Shown here piece after piece: positions 18,459-26,490 of a stretch of 41,715 bases of DNA (the stretch's first letter is position 1; every line of letters starts with the position of its first letter). The notes under the pieces are model-generated. The model did not search any database and had not been told where the DNA came from. It saw only the letters and a program-made list of their open reading frames with translations. The DNA comes from Verrucomicrobiota bacterium (GTDB taxonomy: Bacteria > Verrucomicrobiota > Verrucomicrobiia > Chthoniobacterales > JAFAMB01), in the NCBI GenBank assembly GCA_019233825.1, contig JAFAMB010000069.1, positions 1 to 41,715 of the forward strand. Direction: 5' to 3'. The translations under genes were made by a program, and so were the position numbers.

Positions 18459-19786
18459 TGCTTATGCCAAAAATTACCTTCGTTGGTGCGGGAAGCCTCG
18501 TATTCACCCGAAATCTCTGCAACGATATCTTGCTGGTGCCAAGCCTGCAGGACAGCACAATCAGCTTGATGGATATCGATCCGCAGCGCCTTGAACAGAG
18601 TCGCCGAATCGTCCAGTCAATCGTCGAACGGAGAAAACTCCCGGCGAAGATTGAAGCGACCATGGATCGCAAAAGCGCCATCCGGGAGGCAGACTATGTC
18701 ATCACCACGTTTCAACAAGGCGGATTGGAGGCGTACAAGCTTGACGTCGAGATACCGCAGAGATACGGCGTGGAGCAATGCGTCGGCGATACCCTTGGTC
18801 CGGGTGGCGTATTTCGAGCGCTCCGCTCTATTCCCGTCCTCACTGAGCTCTGTGCTGAGCTTGATAATGTTGCCCCTGACGCCTTGCTCTTGAACTACGT
18901 CAACCCGATGGCAGCAAACTGCTGGGCGATCGATGGCGCCACCGGTCGTCCGCAGGTTGGACTCTGCCATAGTGTGCAGGGGACGAGTGAGATGATCGCC
19001 GAATGGATCAACGTCCCTTACGACGAAGTTACCTTCTTCTGCGCCGGCATCAATCATCAGGCCTTCTTTCTTGAATTCTGGCGCGGAAAGGAAGATCTCT
19101 ACCCGGCGATCTGGGAAGCGATTGATCGTCCGGAGATATACGGGCGGGAGCCGGTCCGCATCGAACTCATGAAGCACTTCGGGTTCTTCGTGACCGAATC
19201 CAGTGGTCACGCGAGCGAGTATGTTCCTTACTTCCGTAAGAGTGCCAAGATGGTGAATGAAGAACTGGTTCCGAATTTCAGTGATAAGGCGAACGGCTGG
19301 TTCGACTTTGGACGAACCGGCGGTTATTTGCGGCACTGCCTCAATCGGATCCAAAAGTTCGAACACGAGTTCGAGGAAATCCTGGCAGAGGCGCCGGCAA
19401 CCGAGCGCAGTCACGAGTACGGTTCTTACATTGTCGAGGCGATAGAATCGGATTCAGCGATCTGCATTAACGGAAACGTTCCAAATACGGATCTAATTGA
19501 TAATTTACCCAGAGGCTGCTGTGTCGAAGTCCCCTGCCTGGTGGACGGGAACGGCATTCAACCGACGAAGGTCGGCTCGCTTCCGGCGCAGCTGGCCGCG
19601 CTCAACCGGACAAACGTCAACGTTCAGGAATTGATCGTCGAGGCTGCGCTGAGCGGCGCCACCGAAGCTGTCTATCACGCCGTCATGCTGGATCCGCTTA
19701 CGGCCGCAGTTTGCACCTTGCCTCAGATCCGGAGCATGGTGGACGAAATGCTGGAAGCCCAAAAACAGTGGCTGCCGCAGTTCTAG
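18458..19786 (+). CDS. melA: GH4 family alpha-galactosidase (MelA-like, NAD+/Mn2+-dependent)
   Basis: This lies in track ORF 18344..19786. The start ATG at 18458 overlaps the permease stop (TAATG). The N-terminal Rossmann region is MLMPKITFVGAGS. The motif VGLCHSVQGTSE...CAGINHQAFFLEF matches E. coli MelA VGLCHSVQGTAE...CAGINHMAFYLE. Confidence 0.85.
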   Translation: MLMPKITFVGAGSLVFTRNLCNDILLVPSLQDSTISLMDIDPQRLEQSRRIVQSIVERRKLPAKIEATMDRKSAIREADYVITTFQQGGLEAYKLDVEIPQRYGVEQCVGDTLGPGGVFRALRSIPVLTELCAELDNVAPDALLLNYVNPMAANCWAIDGATGRPQVGLCHSVQGTSEMIAEWINVPYDEVTFFCAGINHQAFFLEFWRGKEDLYPAIWEAIDRPEIYGREPVRIELMKHFGFFVTESSGHASEYVPYFRKSAKMVNEELVPNFSDKANGWFDFGRTGGYLRHCLNRIQKFEHEFEEILAEAPATERSHEYGSYIVEAIESDSAICINGNVPNTDLIDNLPRGCCVEVPCLVDGNGIQPTKVGSLPAQLAALNRTNVNVQELIVEAALSGATEAVYHAVMLDPLTAAVCTLPQIRSMVDEMLEAQKQWLPQF

Positions 19787-19791
19787 CCCAC

Positions 19792-19840
19792 AGCCTGCAC
19801 CGCTCACAAATCTTCTAAGGATTTGTGAGCGATGCAGGCT
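19792..19840. repeat. Palindromic element family P, copy 3 (21-bp arms, 1 mismatch). It is a putative bidirectional terminator.
   Basis: agcctgcaccgctcacaaatc (19792-19812) pairs with gatttgtgagcgatgcaggct (19820-19840) around a ttctaag loop. It lies between convergent melA-like and argB genes. Its last nucleotide overlaps the argB stop codon. Confidence 0.9.
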
Positions 19841-20715
19841 CAGGGCACGATTTCCGTACCGATGCCACCTGCGGTAAAGACTTCGAGAAGCAGGGCATGC
19901 GGAATCCGACCGTCGATCAGGTGTACTTTCCCCACGCCTTCGTTGAGCGCCTCGACAGCCGAAAGCACCTTTGGAATCATTCCTCCCTCGATAATTTCAT
20001 CGTCGATGAGCTGGGCGACGTTTTCTCGATTTATGGTCGGAATCAGCGAGTTAACATCTTTCACGTCGCGCATGACCCCCAAGACGTCACTCACGTAGAT
20101 CATTTTAGCGGCTTTTAAGGCACCGGCCATGGCACCCGCCGCTACATCTGCATTGACATTGAGTATTGTTCCGTCTTCGGCCTGAGCAATTGGAGAGATC
20201 ACCGGCACCACTTCCCGGTCAATCGCCTCGCTCACGCCGGTCAGCTCCAGCGACGTAACCTCACCCACAAAACCAACATCAATCAGATTCTTGCCGTCGA
20301 TCTGAGGTGGAAGACGTTTGGCCTTGAAAACATCGCGGCCGGAAAATCCTTCCGCGTGTCCACCAAATTCCTGCATCGCGGCGACGATCCGAGGACGGAT
20401 CACCGTATCGAGCACCTCCTCCACGATCTTGATAGTCAACTGGTCGGTGACCCGGAGCCCGTTGACGAAGCGCGGCGTTTTTCCAGCCTCACGCATCCGT
20501 TGAGTGATTGCCTTACCGCCGCCATGCACCAGCAAAGGATTAATACCGACGGCTTCAAGGAACACGACATCACGCAGCAGACGCTCAATCAGGTGATCGT
20601 CCTCCATGGCGCTGCCACCATATTTGATGACAAACGTCTGGCCGCGGAATTTTTGGATAAAGGGTAGCGCCTCCAAAAGCGCCTCCGCTTTCCCGACCTC
20701 GAACTGGTTCTGCAT
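19840..20715 (-). CDS. argB: Acetylglutamate kinase
   Basis: The 291-aa ORF carries FVIKYGGSAM and LVHGGG, and shows the amino-acid kinase fold throughout. Confidence 0.93.
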   Translation of the reverse strand: MQNQFEVGKAEALLEALPFIQKFRGQTFVIKYGGSAMEDDHLIERLLRDVVFLEAVGINPLLVHGGGKAITQRMREAGKTPRFVNGLRVTDQLTIKIVEEVLDTVIRPRIVAAMQEFGGHAEGFSGRDVFKAKRLPPQIDGKNLIDVGFVGEVTSLELTGVSEAIDREVVPVISPIAQAEDGTILNVNADVAAGAMAGALKAAKMIYVSDVLGVMRDVKDVNSLIPTINRENVAQLIDDEIIEGGMIPKVLSAVEALNEGVGKVHLIDGRIPHALLLEVFTAGGIGTEIVP

Positions 20716-20738
20716 TCGTATTTCTCCCTCTCCTCCGA

Positions 20739-21959
20739 CTACTCGCCCATATTAAATCTCACGTACTCTGGGGTTAGATCGGAGGTAAACACCTTGTATT
20801 CCGCCGACCCCAGGTGGAGGTAAATGGTAACAGTAAACTTTTTGTTTCCGAGAACTTCTTTAAGCGTCTTCGCCGGGGTACTACTCGCCATTCCGTGCTC
20901 GACGGCAACTGCTCCATTGAAAAAGATGTCGACCATCTCTTCCCGCACCTTAGCCGTCGAATATCCAACGGCGTCCATGATGCGACCCCAGTTCGGATCC
21001 TCGCCGTACCAGGAGCATTTGACCAATACCGAGTTGGCAACCGCTTCTGCGGCCTTTCTGGCATCCTGATAGGTAGCGGCTCCCTTCACATGAACTTCGA
21101 CGAATTTCGTCACGCCCTCACCGTCCTCGACGATCATCCGCGCCAACTGCCGGGTCACAAAGTTGAGCCCTTCGGCGAACCGGCCGTATTCTTCGCGATC
21201 CGGTTCGATTGGCGGGATCCCTGCCTGGCCATTCGCCAAACAAATGGCGGTGTCGTTCGTGCTCATGTCGCCGTCGACCGTGATACAATTGAAGGACTGC
21301 TCCACGCTGGCAGAAGTTAATCGCTGCAACTCTCTTTTGGAAATGGGGGCATCGGTCGTAATGAAGCAAAGCATCGTCGCCATGTCAGGATTAATCATTC
21401 CTGCCCCCTTCGCGATACCGCCAATCCGCACCCTTTTATCAGCCAGGGGCAGTTCCACCGCGATTTCCTTCTGAAAGGTGTCCGATGTCATGATCGCTTT
21501 AGCAACGACATCGCTGCCGTTCGAGCTCAATCCTGCTACTAAAGCCGGCATGAACTCCTCGATCTTTTCGATCGGCAAATCGCGTCCGATCCGGCCGGTC
21601 GAGCAGACCAGGACCTGGCGTTCCTTCAGACCCAGCTGGCGGGCAACCGCCTGGGTCATCCTCCTGGCATTCTGGATTCCGGTCGAACCCGTGCAAGCAT
21701 TCGCATTGCCACTGTTTGCAATGATCGCCCTCGTATCGCCAGCCCGCAAATGGGCAGCAGACACGCGAACGGGGGCGGCTTTGATCTTATTCGAAGTGAA
21801 TGTAGCCGCGGCGACAGCCGGAAAGTCTGAAATGATCAGACCAAGGTCGCGCTTTTCGGGCGCTCCCTCTTTGATACCGCACCGAACTGCCGCGGCCCGG
21901 AAACCGCTGGGCGCAGTAATCCCTCCACCGATCTCAAAAAATGTTGGTTCCATGTTCAA
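20739..21959 (-). CDS. argJ: Bifunctional ornithine acetyltransferase / N-acetylglutamate synthase
   Basis: The 406-aa ORF has the self-cleavage site region GMINPDMATMLCFITTDA. Confidence 0.93.
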   Translation of the reverse strand: MNMEPTFFEIGGGITAPSGFRAAAVRCGIKEGAPEKRDLGLIISDFPAVAAATFTSNKIKAAPVRVSAAHLRAGDTRAIIANSGNANACTGSTGIQNARRMTQAVARQLGLKERQVLVCSTGRIGRDLPIEKIEEFMPALVAGLSSNGSDVVAKAIMTSDTFQKEIAVELPLADKRVRIGGIAKGAGMINPDMATMLCFITTDAPISKRELQRLTSASVEQSFNCITVDGDMSTNDTAICLANGQAGIPPIEPDREEYGRFAEGLNFVTRQLARMIVEDGEGVTKFVEVHVKGAATYQDARKAAEAVANSVLVKCSWYGEDPNWGRIMDAVGYSTAKVREEMVDIFFNGAVAVEHGMASSTPAKTLKEVLGNKKFTVTIYLHLGSAEYKVFTSDLTPEYVRFNMGE

Positions 21960-22011
21960 AGAGCGGCTTCATCTGATACAACAGTACAGGACTTCTGCCG
22001 AGCTATTTTCG

Positions 22012-23055
22012 CTAAGTTCCAAGTCCAATCCCCTCATCCCAGCCGTTCATTATGTTGAAACACTGGATCGCCTGACCGGCCGCCCCTTTGACAAGGTTGT
22101 CCAACACAGACATCAGAATAACTCGCCCGGTCCTTGGGTCGACGCGCCAGGCTATTTCCACTCCGTTGGTGAAAGCCACGTCCTTGACCTCAGGATACCG
22201 GCGTGAACCCAGCAATCGTATGAACCGCTCGGAACCGTAGGCGGCGGTGTAGACCTCTTCTAGGGAGTCGCCGCTCAACTCGTTCACAGGTTCGGCATGA
22301 ATGGTTGTGACGATTCCGCGGGTGAGGGGGATTAAATGGGGCGCGAACTGTATGCGTACCTGTTCTCCGGCTGCACTTGTTAACTCCTGTTCAATCTCCG
22401 ATAAGTGTCGATGTCCGGGCAAACCGTAGGGCCGGGCGCTCTCGTTACACTCGACAAAAAGCAGATCCAGGTCCGCCTTCCGACCAGCGCCACTCACGCC
22501 GCTGAGACTGTTCGCAATGATACTTGAAGGCCGGATCATGCGAGCGCGTATCACCGGAAGCAGGGGTAGCAAGATGCTCGTCGGATAACAGCCTGGACAT
22601 GCCACCAGCTCAGCGCGCCTGACCTGATCGCGATACGCCTCGGGAAGCCCGTAAACCGATTTCTTCAACAGCGTGGGAGCGGGATGCTCATGCTTATAGA
22701 AGTATTTGTACACTCCCGCATCCTTGACTCGAAAATCCGCGCTGAGATCGATCACTTTGATCCCCCGCTCCAGCAACGGCAACGCAAACTCGGATGCAAC
22801 GCCGTGCGGAAGTGCGAGGAACGCAAATGCGATGCCCAGCGAAGGCAGCAATATCAGGTCTGGTTCGACGAATTCGAGATTCGCCAGCGGAGAGTGATTA
22901 CCGACCCAACCGAATACTTCGGAGGCCTTCTTACCGGCGTGCTGGCGCGAAGTGAGACAGCGAAGGTCGACCAGAGGATGTTCCGCAAGGCGTTTCACCA
23001 ATTCTTCACCGGAATAACCGCTTGCCCCAATAATCGCGATTTTCGCTTTGTTCAT
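22012..23055 (-). CDS. argC: N-acetyl-gamma-glutamyl-phosphate reductase
   Basis: The 347-aa ORF has an N-terminal NAD(P) motif (IAIIGASGYSGEEL) and the catalytic Cys region ACPGCYPTS. Confidence 0.93.
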   Translation of the reverse strand: MNKAKIAIIGASGYSGEELVKRLAEHPLVDLRCLTSRQHAGKKASEVFGWVGNHSPLANLEFVEPDLILLPSLGIAFAFLALPHGVASEFALPLLERGIKVIDLSADFRVKDAGVYKYFYKHEHPAPTLLKKSVYGLPEAYRDQVRRAELVACPGCYPTSILLPLLPVIRARMIRPSSIIANSLSGVSGAGRKADLDLLFVECNESARPYGLPGHRHLSEIEQELTSAAGEQVRIQFAPHLIPLTRGIVTTIHAEPVNELSGDSLEEVYTAAYGSERFIRLLGSRRYPEVKDVAFTNGVEIAWRVDPRTGRVILMSVLDNLVKGAAGQAIQCFNIMNGWDEGIGLGT

Positions 23056-23063
23056 GAATTTGC

Positions 23064-23090
23064 TCGAGGTCCCTCGTTATGGGACCTCGA
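23064..23090 (-). promoter_or_regulatory. Perfect 10-bp stem-loop 8 nt upstream of the argC start codon
   Basis: tcgaggtccc (23064-23073) pairs with gggacctcga (23081-23090) around a 7-nt loop. If transcribed, it lies in the argC 5' leader, where a ribosome-binding site would be expected. Confidence 0.5.
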
Positions 23091-23104
23091 TCACAGTATA
23101 GCCA

Positions 23105-23139
23105 GTTTTAAGTTTTGAGTTTAGAGTTTTGGGTTTTAA
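23105..23139. repeat. Heptamer array, left arm (GTTTTAA GTTTTGA GTTTAGA GTTTTGG GTTTTAA)
   Basis: Five degenerate GTTTTRR units are present. They belong to the same unit family as 8905-8932. Confidence 0.85.
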
Positions 23140-23252
23140 GTGCGTCTCTCACCATTCGGTTGTCGCCGAATTGATCAAATATGTCCTATAGGTCAAATAG
23201 GTCCTATGGGTCATGGGATCGGTTCGACGAACGTCGAATGTTGAGGGATGCA

Positions 23253-23287
23253 CTCAAGACTCGAAACCCAAAACCCAAAACTCAAAC
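23253..23287. repeat. Heptamer array, right arm in inverted orientation (CTCAAGA CTCGAAA CCCAAAA CCCAAAA CTCAAAC)
   Basis: Five units are present, imperfectly complementary to 23105-23139. They belong to the same unit family as 9013-9061. Confidence 0.85.
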
Positions 23288-23371
23288 CTGGATATTCCTT
23301 GCGGTCCGTGTATTTTCCAGGCCTTTCAACCCATGCCAGCCGACCGGAAAACGACCCAAGAGAGACACCGG

Positions 23372-25210
23372 ATGACGGAGCTCGAGCGAATGCGGCATTC
23401 ATGCGCCCATGTGCTAGCGACGGCCATCCTGCGGATCTGGCCGGAAGCACAGTTCGCGGCGGGTCCACCGGTCGAGAACGGTTTTTACTACGATCTGGAA
23501 ATGGACCATCACATTTCCTCCGATGACTTTGACAAGATCGAAGCCGAGATGAAGAAAATCATCAAGGAAAACCAACTGTTCGAACGCGTTGTCGTCTCCC
23601 GGGACGAAGCGGTTCGATTGGCGAACGAAGGACGGCTGGGCGCGCTTGGACCAAGGCCCGAGCCTAGCAAATTTAAGCTCGATATTCTGCAAGGGATACC
23701 CGACGACGAAGAAATCTCCTTGTATCGCAATGGAGACTTCACGGACCTCTGCGCCGGTCCTCATGTTATGCGGACCGGCAACATTGGTCCATTTAAACTC
23801 ACCTCTATCGCAAGAGCCTACTACAAAGGGGCTGCGAACAATCCGCAGCTGCAACGCGTCTATGGCACGACATTCAAGTCACGAGCCGACCTGGACCTCT
23901 ATTTTGAGCAACTAGAGGAGGCCAGAAAGCGAGATCATCGGAAGTTGGGTCGCGAACTTGGGCTGTTCCATATTGATGAAGAGGTTGGACCCGGGCTGGT
24001 TCTCTGGAAGCCTAAGGGTGCTATCGTCCGAAAGGAACTCCAGGCCTTTATTTCTGAAGAGTTGCGACGCCAGGGGTATACCGAAGTCTTTACACCCCAT
24101 ATCGGGAAACTGAGTCTTTACCGCACTTCCGGCCACTATCCGTATTACCGCGACTCGCAGTTTCCGCCACTCATCGAACCGGAGACTTTGACCAGACTCG
24201 CCGAAGAAGGTTGCTCATGTGCTGATCTTTCGAATCGGCTGAGCCAGGGTAAAATCGAAGGCTATTTGCTAAAGCCGATGAACTGCCCGATGCACATCAA
24301 GATCTATGCGTCGAGTCCACATTCATATCGAGATCTCCCGGTGCGACTGGCGGAATTCGGAACCGTTTATCGCTGGGAACAATCAGGCGAACTTAGCGGA
24401 ATGACCAGGGTTCGAGGCTTTACTCAGGACGACGCTCACATCTTTTGCACTCAAGAGCAGGTTCTCGGTGAAATTCAGGGCTGCCTCCAGCTTGTCCTGA
24501 AGATTTTAAATACTCTGGGTATGAATTCCTACCGGGTCCGGGTGGGACTTCGCGGCGCCGACTCGTCCAAATACGTCGGAACCTCAGAACAATGGGATCG
24601 AGCAGAGAATGCCCTTCGAGAGAGCGCCAGAACCCTTGGGGTACCCTTCTCTGAAGAACTCGGCGAAGCCGCATTCTATGGCCCAAAGATCGATTTTGTG
24701 GTCAAGGACGTGATCGGCCGCGAGTGGCAGCTTGGCACTGTGCAAGTTGACTACAATTTGCCCGAACGATTCGGGCTCAACTATGTCGCACCGGACAACT
24801 CGGAACGCCGGCCAGTGATGATCCATCGGGCGCCGTTCGGCTCTCTCGAACGGTTCTGCGGTGTTCTGATTGAGCATTTTGCGGGAAGCTTTCCCACTTG
24901 GCTGGCTCCGGAACAGGTGCGTGTCCTTCCGATCTCTGAAAAGCATCTGGAATACGGAAGGTCCGTCTTAGGGCTCCTTTTGGATCGCCACATCAGGGCT
25001 TCAATCGATGAAAGTTCGGACAAGGTTGGCGCTAAGATTCGCCTTGCCCAGCTGGAAAAGGTCCCCTATATGTTGGTGCTCGGCGCACGAGAAGAGGAGG
25101 CCGGCGAAGTCGCTGTGCGCAGCCGCAAAAACGGTGACGAGGGAGCCGTGAGTGCGTCGGAATTTGTGGAACGAATTCAAAGCGAAGTCAGAGAACGTCA
25201 ACGTGATTGA
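23372..25210 (+). CDS. thrS: Threonine--tRNA ligase lacking the N-terminal TGS domain
   Basis: This lies in track ORF 23213..25210, whose first 53 codons translate the heptamer repeats. The ATG at 23372 gives MTELERMRHSCAHVLATAI.... That places the start at the editing-domain HxxxH motif, which is near residue 70 in E. coli ThrRS. A class II core and an anticodon-binding domain follow. An alternative ATG lies at 23333. Confidence 0.92.
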   Translation: MTELERMRHSCAHVLATAILRIWPEAQFAAGPPVENGFYYDLEMDHHISSDDFDKIEAEMKKIIKENQLFERVVVSRDEAVRLANEGRLGALGPRPEPSKFKLDILQGIPDDEEISLYRNGDFTDLCAGPHVMRTGNIGPFKLTSIARAYYKGAANNPQLQRVYGTTFKSRADLDLYFEQLEEARKRDHRKLGRELGLFHIDEEVGPGLVLWKPKGAIVRKELQAFISEELRRQGYTEVFTPHIGKLSLYRTSGHYPYYRDSQFPPLIEPETLTRLAEEGCSCADLSNRLSQGKIEGYLLKPMNCPMHIKIYASSPHSYRDLPVRLAEFGTVYRWEQSGELSGMTRVRGFTQDDAHIFCTQEQVLGEIQGCLQLVLKILNTLGMNSYRVRVGLRGADSSKYVGTSEQWDRAENALRESARTLGVPFSEELGEAAFYGPKIDFVVKDVIGREWQLGTVQVDYNLPERFGLNYVAPDNSERRPVMIHRAPFGSLERFCGVLIEHFAGSFPTWLAPEQVRVLPISEKHLEYGRSVLGLLLDRHIRASIDESSDKVGAKIRLAQLEKVPYMLVLGAREEEAGEVAVRSRKNGDEGAVSASEFVERIQSEVRERQRD

Positions 25211-25240
25211 GTGCACCGCTCGGCACCCCGGCTGCACTCC

Positions 25241-25257
25241 GAGGAGATAGTTTTATT
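25241..25257 (+). promoter_or_regulatory. Shine-Dalgarno sequence plus a non-canonical ATT start codon of infC
   Basis: GAGGAG lies at 25241-25246. An 8-nt spacer separates it from an in-frame ATT at 25255-25257. Confidence 0.6.
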
Positions 25258-25836
25258 CAGCAACAGCAGATCCGCGTCAACGGTCGAATTCGCGCACGAG
25301 AAGTGCGAGTGATTTTAGGCACAACCAACGAACAGTTGGGCATAATGAAGCTTCAGGATGCCTTGCGAAGAGCTCAATCGCTCGGGCTCGACTTGGTTGA
25401 GGTGGCTCCGACCGCCAATCCGCCCGTTTGCAAGATCGTCGATTTCGGAAAGTACAGATACGACCTTTCCAAACAGGACAAAGACCGCAAGTCGACCACG
25501 TCCAAGCTTAAAGAGATCAAGTTTCGGGTTAACATCGATCCGCACGATTACATGATCAAAGTGCGGCACGCTGAGCAATTTCTGGACAAAGGCAACAAGG
25601 TTAAATTTCAGCTGCAATTTCGCGGTCGCGAAATGAGCCACAAGGAACTCGGTGATCAGTTGATGCAGCGGTTGAAGGAGGACCTCTCGACGATGGGCCA
25701 GGTCGAGATGGAGCCGAAGCTGATGGGTAAAAGCATAAGCATGACCATGTCGCCGCTCCCGCTGAATAGGCGGAAGCGAAAGTTCGCCGTTGAAGACGAA
25801 GAACTGCCCTCTGAGCCACTCGAGTCGGAGGAATGA
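25255..25836 (+). CDS. infC: Translation initiation factor IF-3, with a proposed ATT start
   Basis: The track ORF starts at TTG 25207. The in-frame ATT at 25255 has a strong SD and gives (M)QQQQIRVNGRIRAREVRVI..., an N-terminal length like B. subtilis MSKDFIINEQIRAREVRLI. The conserved IF-3 core follows (PPVCKIVDFGKYRYD...). Confidence 0.88.
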   Translation: MQQQQIRVNGRIRAREVRVILGTTNEQLGIMKLQDALRRAQSLGLDLVEVAPTANPPVCKIVDFGKYRYDLSKQDKDRKSTTSKLKEIKFRVNIDPHDYMIKVRHAEQFLDKGNKVKFQLQFRGREMSHKELGDQLMQRLKEDLSTMGQVEMEPKLMGKSISMTMSPLPLNRRKRKFAVEDEELPSEPLESEE

Positions 25837-25838
25837 AG

Positions 25839-25872
25839 TCGGTAGGGTCGCGCTCCTGCGCGACCCTACCGA
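25839..25872 (+). terminator. Perfect 15-bp GC-rich hairpin directly after infC, a mosaic-family module
   Basis: tcggtagggtcgcgc (25839-25853) pairs with gcgcgaccctaccga (25858-25872) around a tcct loop. Only TT follows, so it is not a canonical intrinsic terminator. Confidence 0.55.
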
Positions 25873-25947
25873 TTGAAAACCGAATCTTGACACGCTCTCT
25901 CTTGGGATGTAGTGATGGCGTCCGCGACTTTCCCAAGCGGAGTCTTT

Positions 25948-26484
25948 ATGCCTGACGCTGAAATAATTTTGAAAGAAAATATCCCCGGCCTGGGCGCCGA
26001 GGCTGATATTGTCAAGGTCCGTAAGGGCTATGCTCGGAATCACTTGATTCCAACCGGAAAGGCCTACGAAGTCACTCCCTCTAATCTGAAGCGTCTCAAC
26101 CAGTTGAAGAGCAAGCGCGCCGAGCGAGAGGCCCGTGAGCTTAACGAAGCCGAGGAATTTGCCCGTAAGATAAATAAATTGAAACTGGAGTTCGCACTGC
26201 AAACGGGCGAGACCGGAAGAGCTTTTGGTTCCGTGACAGCTAAGGACATTGAAGATAAGCTCCAGGCGGAATTCGGGATTACGATCGACCGTCACAAGAT
26301 CGACTTAGAGCGCCCAATTAAAGAGAGTGGTGAGAAAGAGGTTACGATCAAGCTGCATCACGACGTTGTGGCGACGTTGAAACTGGAAATCAAATCTATC
26401 GCGCCAGCCCCTCCCGCTCGTCAGGAGAGCGACGCGACCGAGGTCAAATCGAAGGCCAGACGAAAAACAAAGCCTGCGGCCTGA
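25948..26484 (+). CDS. rplI: 50S ribosomal protein L9
   Basis: The ATG at 25948 gives MPDAEIILKENIPGLGAEADIVKVRKGYARNHLIPTGKA, a canonical L9 N-terminus. The gene has the usual linkage to dnaB downstream. Confidence 0.92.
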   Translation: MPDAEIILKENIPGLGAEADIVKVRKGYARNHLIPTGKAYEVTPSNLKRLNQLKSKRAEREARELNEAEEFARKINKLKLEFALQTGETGRAFGSVTAKDIEDKLQAEFGITIDRHKIDLERPIKESGEKEVTIKLHHDVVATLKLEIKSIAPAPPARQESDATEVKSKARRKTKPAA

Positions 26485-26490
26485 TGAACG

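Noticed and set aside
14817-19840. The sugar-uptake block as a mobile genomic island.
   Set aside because: No integrase, transposase, tRNA attachment site or direct repeats flank it. I kept only the weaker statement that it interrupts the arg cluster.
23056-23104. ARG-box (ArgR operator) sites upstream of argC and argD.
   Set aside because: No TGAAT-N4-ATTCA-like palindrome is present in either upstream region. The TGAAT at the argC start is part of the start-codon context only.
23181-23468. Track ORFs 23181..23375 and 23211..23468, and the first 53 codons of 23213..25210.
   Set aside because: They translate the heptamer arrays and the ATAGGTC tract in the argC-thrS spacer. The ThrRS homology begins only at 23372.
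25315-26295. A 326-aa antisense ORF covering infC, the infC-rplI spacer and rplI.
   Set aside because: It lies opposite two unambiguous, conserved genes, and I recognise no motif in it. Long antisense ORFs are expected in GC-rich coding DNA. It also reads straight through a 15-bp palindrome.
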